Positions 55,008-64,000 of a stretch of 64,000 nucleotides of DNA are shown here, piece by piece. Below the pieces are notes generated by a model, which was not told where the DNA came from, searched no databases, and saw only the letters and a program-made list of their open reading frames with translations. The stretch lies in assembly GCA_951406725.2 (NCBI GenBank), contig OX597840.1, positions 35,588,001-35,652,000 on the forward strand, in the 5' to 3' direction. Source of the stretch: Octopus vulgaris (Eukaryota). Every line of letters starts with the position of its first letter. Position 1 is the stretch's first letter. The position numbers and the translations under genes are program-made.

Positions 55008-55697
55008 GGCAACACTTCCTTTTGTACCTCACCCAAAATACCCCCTTTTTTTATTTAATTTTTTTTTTCTACACAAACCTCCATTTTCAGCTACAGAGAA
55101 TACAAATCTGCAAAAAAATTGGCAAAAATCAGCATTTTAAAATTACCTCCCACCTAAATTCTTCATTTTTAACTTTTTTCAGAAATTTTTTTTACAAAAT
55201 ATGCAGAAAAATACAGAGATTATGATTCTGAAAAACATTTCAAGAAATGTTTCTACTTAGGGTTAGAGTTTTAGAGTTTTAGGGTTAGGGTTAGGGTTTT
55301 AGGGTTAGGGTTAGGGTTAAGGTTAAAAACATTTCAAGAAATGTTTCTACTTAGGGTTAGAGTTTTAGAGTTTTAGGGTTAGGGTTAGGGTTTTAGGGTT
55401 AGGGTTAGGATTAGAGTTGGGGTTTTAGGGTTAAGGTTAGGGCTAGGGTTTTAGGGTTAGGGTTTTAGGGTTAGGGTTAGGGTTAAGATTAGGGTTTTAT
55501 GGTTAGGGTTAGGGTTATGGAAAAAGTGAAAAATGAAATTGGGGAGGAAGGAGTGGTGGGGGAGCAAAATTTCAAAATTCCGATTTTTGGCAATTTTCCA
55601 GAATCTCCATATCCGAAAAGGTGGGTTTTTGACAAAAAAAAAATTAAAAAAACAAGAATTTGCAAGAAAATTGGGGTGGACAGGAGGAAATCTTTCC
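55008..55697. mobile_element. GG..CC element with 8-bp TSD ATGCTTAG carrying telomeric repeats, inserted in SINE A
   Basis: Imperfect TIR GGCAACACTTCCTTTTGTACC / GGACAGGAGGAAATCTTTCC; TSD at 55000-55007 and 55698-55705. Confidence 0.8.
55257..55516 (+). repeat. Interstitial (TTAGGG)n-like tract
   Basis: TTAGGG with TTTTAGGG, TTAGAG and TTAAGG variants. Confidence 0.92.
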
Positions 55698-56206
55698 ATG
55701 CTTAGCAGCATTTTGTCTGCCTCTGCGTCCTGAGCTCAAATTCCACCAAAGGTGATTTCAACTATCATCCCTTCGGGGTTAATAAAATAAGTACCAGTTA
55801 AGTACTGGGGGGGTCGATGTAATCGACTTATCCCCTTCCCTGAAACTGCTGGCCTTGTGCCAAAACTTGAAACTAATGTTAAGGTCCACCCCACCCATTG
55901 CTTACTCCTAGTTTCACGTTACCATTTATTTTTTTTTTAATAATCTTTATGCAAAGTCGAAATAAGCAACAGAAAACTCTCGGGTTTATTTACCAAACTG
56001 TTACAATTCATGTTTTTTACTAAATCACTGTGTTCTGCTTCGTGAGTCATTTTTATCCTCGTGTGTGTAAACACACACACACACACACATGCACACACAC
56101 GAACATGTACATACATACATACATACATACATATATACACACATACACACACACGCACACACACGAACATGTACATACATACATACATACAAACATATAT
56201 ATATAT

Positions 56207-56256
<50 letters not shown>

Positions 56257-56331
56257 ATATATATATTCTTTTATTCTATACTCTCTTGCTTGTTTCAGTC
56301 ATGTGATAGTGGCCATGCTGGAGCACCGCCT

Positions 56332-56451
<120 letters not shown>

Positions 56452-56460
56452 ACGTATGTA

Positions 56461-56580
<120 letters not shown>

Positions 56581-57104
56581 TATACATACGTATATATATG
56601 TATATATATGTATGTATATGTATATAGAGTATGTGTGTGTATATATTTATGTGTGCTTTTGTGTGTGTGTGTATGTGTGTGCGCGTGCATGTGTGTGAAT
56701 GCGTACACACACAAGTGCTGACTTGTGTGCATGTGTGTGCGTGTGCATGTGTGTGTGTGCATGTGTGTGTGCATGTGTGCATGTGTGTATGTGTGTGTGT
56801 CTGTGTGTGCGTGCAGCGTTAGCAGCAGCCAGGGTGGATAGATGAGTGTGCAATAGTAGTAAGTTTGGCTCAGCAGCAGTTATTAGAACAGAAAGAGAAA
56901 GACAGACAGAGAGAGAGAGAGAGAGAGAGAGGGAGGAATGAGATAGAGGAATAGAGAGAGAAAGGGGAGGGAGAGGGAGAGGGAGTGAAAGAGAGAGAGA
57001 GAGAGAGATTATGTAACTGTGGGATATGAAAGAGCGGCGAAATACTTTGGAGATAGAAGCAGCAATAGATGGATAAATAGATAGAAAGGGTGAGAGAGAA
57101 AGAT

Positions 57105-57311
57105 GGATATGGATGGATGGATGGATGGATGGATGGATGGATGGATGGATGGATGGATGGATGGATGGAGGGAGGGAGGGATGGATGGATGGATGGATGG
57201 ATGGATGGATGGATGGATGGATGGATGGATGGATGGATGGATGGATGGATGGATGGATGGATGGATGGATGGATGGGATGGATGGATGGATGGATGGATG
57301 GATGGATGGAT
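57105..57311. repeat. (GATG)n microsatellite
   Basis: Direct reading. Confidence 0.95.
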
Positions 57312-57424
57312 AGGTGTATATATATATATGTATATATATATTTATATATGTATATAAATATATATATATATATATACACGCGCGCACATATATATTTACA
57401 CACACACACACACACACATATATA

Positions 57425-57547
<123 letters not shown>

Positions 57548-57995
57548 ATAGATAGAGAGATAAATAGATAGATAGATAAATATATGGAAGGATAGATATA
57601 CAGGCAGGCAGGCAGGCAGGCAAGCAGGCAGAGAGACAGATGGATGGATGGCTGGATTACTAGATACAGTTGCAGTTGTTTTAGTCATTTGGCTGCGGCC
57701 ATGCTGGGGCACTGCTCTGAAGCATTTCAGTCAGACAAATTCGAACCCAGCAGTTATGGTTATTAGCCTGATACTTCTTCACACAGTCTGCTTTCACCAA
57801 TGCGCTAAGTTACATGGATGCAAACAAACTAACACTGGTTGTCAAGTGATGGCAGGGACATACACAAAGACATACATACATCATCATCATCATCATCATC
57901 ATTTATTGCCTGTTCTCCATTTTGGCATGAGTTAGGATGGTTTGACAGAGAACTCGTGATCTTCAGGGTTGAATCGAATTTATATATATAAATAT

Positions 57996-58059
<64 letters not shown>

Positions 58060-58078
58060 TATACATATATACATATAT

Positions 58079-58137
<59 letters not shown>

Positions 58138-58218
58138 TATACACACACACACACAGACACACACACACACACATATATAAAACCCATACCAGTATGTAAA
58201 ATTAAAGGATGGTGATGA

Positions 58219-58262
<44 letters not shown>

Positions 58263-58289
58263 GTATGTGTGTGTGTGTGTGTGTGTGTG

Positions 58290-58435
58290 TGAAATTTACT
58301 GAAAAATGTAAGACGAAGACAGGTGTATGAACAACAAGCAGGTGTACTTGGGAAAATGAGAAGGTCTTTTATGTTTCGAGCCTATGCTCTTCAACAGAAA
58401 AGAATAAGAGAAAATAAACAGAGAGAATAAAATAT
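58290..58435 (-). mobile_element. Family F element with variant hammerhead at 58366-58402
   Basis: Minus strand CTGTTGA A GAGC atag GCTC GAAA CA TA AAAG. Confidence 0.65.
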
Positions 58436-58455
58436 ATGTGTATATATATATATAT

Positions 58456-58906
58456 GCTCTGTGTTTCTTTCAATTAATTTTAAATATAACAAAGAATTTA
58501 GTAAAATAACTTAGTTATCATTAAGTTAGTGTTAGGAACATAAATTGTGACTAAGGTTTGGTGGAAGATTTTAATTCAAAACTTATGAAAACAAGACATT
58601 TGTACTACAGAGCCAGAGCTAGTTTCAGCTGGGTTGGTATCAAAAGGGTTAAGAATTGTTTCTCTATTATATATCTTAACCCCTTTGTAACCATATTTCT
58701 GTTGAGATGCTCTGAGTTTCTTTCAATTAATTATAAATATAACAAAAGAATTTAGTAAAATAACTTGGTTATCATTCAACTAGTGTTAGGAACATAAATT
58801 GTGATTAAGGTTTGGTGGAAGAATTTAATTCAAAACTTATGAAAACAAGACATTTGTACTACAGAGCCAGAACCGGTTTCAGTCAGGTTGGAAACGAAAG
58901 GGTTAA
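58456..58906. mobile_element. Two tandem piggyBac-like MITEs (second complete, TTAA-flanked)
   Basis: TTAA|CCCCTTTG..GAAAGGG|TTAA at 58676-58906; truncated twin at 58456-58652. Confidence 0.75.
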
Positions 58907-59390
58907 TGCAAACAGTCAAATTTAGCATGAACCCCCTGTGTGTATGGGACATACAGAGAACCCTTTTAAGGATTGCTTACACCAGCATTTATTATTTGTT
59001 CCAGCACCCCCACCTGGAAAACACTACGAGATGTTCAAAGGGAAATTTGGAAGCTGAGAAGGAAAAATTAGGCTGACAACATCTTGGAGATAAGATACAA
59101 GCATTTAAAAGCAGATCAAAGTAGTAGGACTGCTGCCCCACACAAGGAAATTCAACAGCATCTTTGCCTAATCTTGAGTAAATAATAGCGATGACTCGGT
59201 GGTAGATGCCCAAATTCTTTCTTGGGAACATTAAAGAAGAGAACCTCCTCCTGAGGTGTGAAAGATGAGGAGGGATAATCGACTCTGCTAAAGTTATATT
59301 CCAAGCTGCGGTGGTTCGGCATCTATAATCAAAGATTCCGTTCTTTCTTTCTCTCTCTCTCTCTCTCACCCTCACACACAATCACATGTA

Positions 59391-59431
<41 letters not shown>

Positions 59432-59597
59432 CTTATCGTTTAACCGTTTCAGTCATCAGGCTGCGGCCATACTGGAGTATGGCCTTGGAGGGCTTTAGTC
59501 GAGCAAATAGACTCCAGCACTTTTATTTTTAATGCCTGTTATACATTCTGTTGTGTTTCTTACTGAACTGCTAAGATATGGGGATATATATCATCAT

Positions 59598-59636
<39 letters not shown>

Positions 59637-59703
59637 GGTCCCGGGTTGATTCGGGGTTAACCACAGTAAATAAGGTACTCAATACATAGCAGAGTAAAAT
59701 TAA

Positions 59704-59830
59704 TTTATTATATAGAAGGAGCTTCTACAGGACTAGAACTGTTTCATTCAAGAGAAATCTTCAGGAAGCCCTGAAGATTTCTCTTGAATGAAACAGTTCT
59801 AGTCTGTAGAAGCTCCTTCTATATAATAAA
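59704..59830. mobile_element. Near-perfect 127-bp palindrome containing a hammerhead
   Basis: About 62-bp arms with a 4-nt spacer. Confidence 0.85.
59721..59769 (-). ncRNA. Complete type I hammerhead ribozyme
   Basis: GCUUC CUGAAGA U UUC ucuu GAA U GAAA CAG uucuaguc CUG UA GAAGC: stem I 5 bp, stem III 4 bp, GUA triplet, U-U at the base of stem II. Confidence 0.75.
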
Positions 59831-60108
59831 TATATATATATATATATATATATAGTTAATCCAAACATGAAAACACAAAAAGAAAACACAACAATGCGAG
59901 GACGTGGAACAAATATAGTATTATATATGGTGGTGTATTTATGTCCCCGTTACTTAGTGGTTCGGCAAAAGAGACTGATAGAATAAGTACTGGGCTTACA
60001 AAAGAATAAGTCCTGGGGTCGATTTGCTCAATTAAAGGTGGTGCTCCAGCATGGCTGCAGTCAAATGACTGAAACAAGTAAAAAAGTAAAAGAGTAAAGA
60101 GTATATAC

Positions 60109-60179
<71 letters not shown>

Positions 60180-60892
60180 TGTATATATATATATGTATAT
60201 ATATATGTATATGTGTGTGTGTGTATATATATATGTAATATATGTGTGTATATATATATGCATATATGTATGTGTGTGTGTCTTTGTGTCTGTGTTTTTC
60301 TCCCCGCCACCACTTTACAACTGGTGTTGGTGTGTTTCCATCCCCGTAACTTAGCAGTTCGGCAAAAAAGATTGATACAATAAGTATTAGGCTCAAAAAA
60401 TAAGTCCTGGGGTCAATTTGTTTGACGAAAACCTTTCAAGGCGGTGCTCCAGAATGGCCGCAGTCAAAAGACTGAAACAAATAAAAGAATTAAAAAAATT
60501 AAAAAAAATATGGCCACCTCCCCTTTTTTTGCATCCAGTCTACATCATCAGGATGTGCCATTAGCTTTAGTAAATGGTTGGTATTTCCTAAATGCTGAGG
60601 TCATTAATTGTCAGAAATTCTTTCTAGAAATTCGATAGAAATTTGCATGTGTGTATATGTGTATGTGTATACATGTATGTGCGTGTGTGTGCACATGCAT
60701 GTGCACAGATGCATGTGTGTGTGTGAGAGTTTTAGCAAAAGCTGCGAATCATCAGCTGAGGGAAGAAGTCATCTTTGCTCTGTGGATTATTGACAAACAA
60801 TAGTCATGATCGTTAGTGAGTCAACATCCATATATATAGGTCTCTCTCTCTCCTCCTCTCACTCTCTCTGTCTTAGTATTATATATATATAA

Positions 60893-61148
60893 ATCATCAT
60901 CATCATCATCATCGTTTAGCGTCCGTTTTCCATGCTAGCATGGGTTGGATGGTTCTACTGGGGTCTGTGAAGCCAGAAGGCTGCATCAGGCCCAGTCAAA
61001 TCTGGCAGTGTTTCTACGGCTGAATGCCCTTCCTAACGCCAACCACTCCGTGAGTGTAGTGGGTGCTTTTTACGTGCCACCCGCACAGGCGCCAGACAGA
61101 GCTGGCAAACGGCCACAAACGGATGGTGCTTTTTATGTGCCACCGGCA
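60893..61148 (-). mobile_element. RTE-like 3' UTR fragment
   Basis: Family match; another fragment at 61355-61520. Confidence 0.75.
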
Positions 61149-61166
61149 ATATATATATTATATATA

Positions 61167-61212
<46 letters not shown>

Positions 61213-61345
61213 CTTTCTGTAGAAGAGCGTAGGCTCAAAACGTAAAAGACTTTTTCTATTTCTATTCCTGAGCGCTATACTAATACATTTCTTTGTACTC
61301 CACCTGCCTTTGTCTTTTGTTAATTTTCGTAAACTTTCCATTTAT
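61213..61345 (+). mobile_element. Family F element with decayed hammerhead
   Basis: CTTT CTGTAGA A GAGC gtag GCTC AAAA CG TA AAAG. Confidence 0.65.
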
Positions 61346-61569
61346 ATATATATATCATCATCATCATCATCACCATCGTTTAACGTCCGTTTTCCATGCT
61401 AGCACGGGTTGGACGGTTCGACCGGAGTCTGGGAAGCCAGGGCTGCACCAGGCTCCAGTCTGATCTGGCAGTGTTTCTACAGCTGGATGCCCTTCCTAAT
61501 GCCAACCACTCCGCGAGTGTATACATATATACAGGCATAGGAGTGGCTGTGCGTTAAGTAGCTTGCTTA

Positions 61570-61640
61570 TGGATGGGGGATCACTCGGCTTATCCGTTGA
61601 TGATGAGCGCGGCTATCCACATGAACTGATGCGAATTGAA
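61570..61640 (+). pseudogene. 5.8S rRNA 5'-half retrocopy fragment
   Basis: GGATCACTCGGCTTATCCGTTGATGATGAGCGCGGCTATCCACATGAACTGATGCGAATTG aligns without gaps to 5.8S GGATCACTCGGCTCGTGCGTCGATGAAGAACGCAGCTAGCTGCGAGAATTAATGTGAATTG (recalled consensus). Confidence 0.8.
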
Positions 61641-61869
61641 GGCAGCGAGCTGGCAGAAACGTTAGCACGCCGGGCGAAATGTGCAGCCTATTTTCGTCTG
61701 CTGTTACATTCTGAGTTCAAATTCCGCCGAGGTCAACTTTGCTTTTCATCCTTTCGGGGTCGACAAATTAAGTACCAGTTATGCACTGGGGTTGATATAA
61801 TCGACTTAATCCATTTGTCTGTTGTTGTTTGTCCTCCCTGTGTTTAGCCCCTTGTGGGTAGAGAAAATA
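61641..61869 (+). mobile_element. SINE A, 3' partner of the chimera
   Basis: Full-length family match; whole insert flanked by TAAGTAGCTTGCTTA. Confidence 0.85.
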
Positions 61870-62315
61870 TAAGTAGCTTGCTTACGAACCACATGGTTGT
61901 GGGTTCAGTCCCACTGCATGGCACCTTGAGCAAATGTTTTCTACTATAGCCTCGGGCCGACCAAAGACTCGTGAGTGGATTTAGTAGACGGAAATTGAAG
62001 GAAGCCTGTTGTATATATGTATATATATATGTATGTGTGTGTATATGTTTGAGTGTCTGTGTTTGTCCCCGCAACATCGCCACAACCGATGTTGGTGTGT
62101 TTACATCCCCATAATTTAGCAGTTTTGGCCAAAGAGACCAACAGAATAAGTACTAGGCTTACAAAGAATAAGTCCTGGAATCGATTTCTTCGACGAAAGG
62201 CAGTGCTCCAGCATGGCCACAGTCAAGCGACTGAAACCAGTAAAAGAATAAAAGAATATATATATATATATATATAAATGCATATGCACACACACATGCA
62301 TATATATATATATAT

Positions 62316-62507
62316 AGGGAGAGTTTACGAAAAAAACAAAAGACGAAGACAGGTGGTGTACAAAACAAACAGATGTATTAGTATAACGCTCAGGAATAGA
62401 AAAAGTCTTTTATGTTTCGAGCCTATGCTCTTCTACAGAAAGGAACACAGATAGAAACAAAGGAGAGAAAAAATTGTGTGTAGTGGCTAATGATCTATCA
62501 TGGCGAC
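62316..62507 (-). mobile_element. Family F element with variant hammerhead at 62407-62442
   Basis: Near-identical to 19094-19252. Confidence 0.7.
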
Positions 62508-62512
62508 TCATA

Positions 62513-62551
<39 letters not shown>

Positions 62552-62555
<4 letters not shown>

Positions 62556-62844
62556 ATTCGAGATAAAACCACTATTTTAAAACCAAACAAGGGAAAGACT
62601 TAATCAATACATAAAATTTTAATATAAATAAACCGCCATACAAATGTTTCATGTCTGCTACCGACAATCTTCAGTGGATTTTCGATCTTCTAATCAGTAT
62701 CAAATTGACTTCAAAATTTGATGTTTTGATTAGAAGATCGAAATCCACTGAAATTGTCGGTTGACATAACATTTGTAGTGGTTTATTTATATTAAAATTT
62801 TATGTATATTATCCTTGTTTGGTTTTAAAATAGTATTTGTATCG

Positions 62845-62850
<6 letters not shown>
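62552..62850. mobile_element. Palindromic element of about 300 bp between TA tracts
   Basis: Imperfect inverted arms of about 140 bp. Confidence 0.8.
62636..62677 (-). ncRNA. Type I hammerhead ribozyme, intact core
   Basis: CCA CUGAAGA U UGUC gguagca GACA U GAAA CAUUUG UA UGG; the mirror copy in the right arm is degenerate. Confidence 0.7.
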
Positions 62851-62906
<56 letters not shown>

Positions 62907-63597
62907 TACATATATACAAACACACAAACATACACATACATATGTACACACACACACACACACACAAACGAGAGAGAGTGATTCATTGAGAGACTACTTT
63001 CTGGATTGATTGACTAATAAATGATAAATACTTTGAGAAGAGAGAGAGAGAGATAGAGAGAGAGAGAAAGAGAGAGAGAGTATAGAATGAATCCACCTGG
63101 CTACTTCATCATTCGAAAAACCTATTAAGGGTAGGATCGGTGCATTAGTGTGTAACCTCGTAATCTTCCGTCTGTCTTCCTCGGCCTCGTTAATGGACAA
63201 ACCACACATCCTGTTAATTATATGATTTCGGTGACATCATTACGGCACTGGAGGTCACTTCATCTCACAACAATGCTGCGGTAGTTGCTAAGGTTTATTA
63301 TAAGGGTCGGGGGTGTTAGACCCTAAATCGTACTTAATACTATTTGAAGTAATTAGCCTGGGAAAGAGATCCCTTGTTGCTGTTCTTTTACATGTCTCTG
63401 TCGTTTGAACTGCAGCCATGCTGGGGCACAGCCTTGAAGAATTTTACTCACACTACAAATTGACTTTTTTTGGGGTGGGGGCCATGGGTCTCCTTCACTT
63501 TTTAACAAATTGTTAAGTTACGGAGGTGTAAACACACCAACACCGATGGTCAAGAGGTGGGGAGAACACAGACACATGCACATGCACTCACACACAG

Positions 63598-63630
<33 letters not shown>

Positions 63631-64000
63631 AATGTGTATATGTGTGTATGTGCGTGTGTGTGTGTGTATTTATATATATATATATACTAGTATTATAAAC
63701 CAATTTAATTCGGGTCTACTTGGGCCACATTTTAAAGATGAGGAATTTAAAAAACAAACGAAAATTTTGTTAAGAATTAAAAAAGAAAATGAGGGCAAAA
63801 AGCACTCATTTTTTTCACAATGAAAAATCTTTTCCTAGTAGGCGGAATTTTGCGACAAAATGTATGTTTATTAAGCACAACAGCCTGCAGTGCATGCCAC
63901 TGGGCATTAAAAGCCAATCGCACAAAGCTAGAGGGGTTCTGGGCCCCCTTGAATCGTTAAAAAATCACTCTTTTTGCCATAGCAACCACATCTTTATAGC

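Larger units (their letters stand above)
61534..62258 (+). mobile_element. SINE B interrupted by a chimeric retrocopy
   Basis: Head at 61534-61569 resumes at 61870. Confidence 0.8.

Noticed and set aside
55257-55516. True telomere or chromosome-fusion site
   Set aside because: Short, degenerate, single orientation and enclosed in a TSD-flanked element
61570-61640. Functional 5.8S rRNA gene or rDNA unit
   Set aside because: Only the 5' half, no 18S/ITS/28S context, and enclosed by a TSD

Overview
Animal (eukaryotic) genomic DNA, AT-rich and dominated by microsatellites ((TA)n, (CA)n, (TACA)n, (GAT)n, (GGT)n, (GA)n) and short interspersed repeats. The repeat landscape resembles an octopod cephalopod genome; this is an inference. 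No host protein-coding gene is confidently identifiable, and nearly all ORFs in the track are microsatellite or satellite artefacts. Supported content: at least three tRNA-derived SINE families (working labels A, B, D; many copies, some multimeric or nested); 3' fragments of CR1-, RTE- and R4/Dong-like LINEs; mariner/Tc1-derived foldback and tandem MITEs; GG..CC elements with 8-bp TSDs (Merlin-like) carrying TTAGGG tracts; a Helitron-like element; piggyBac- and hAT-like MITEs; and a 4.7-kb satellite of 31 x 151-bp units built from a SINE. Most notable: (1) about a dozen minimal type I hammerhead-ribozyme motifs in elements adjoining (TA)n tracts, several of them in long palindromes (Penelope-like pLTR/retrozyme-like system); (2) a 5.8S rRNA-SINE chimeric retrocopy with a 15-bp TSD; (3) a covarying 3' hairpin shared by a CR1-like LINE and SINE B.
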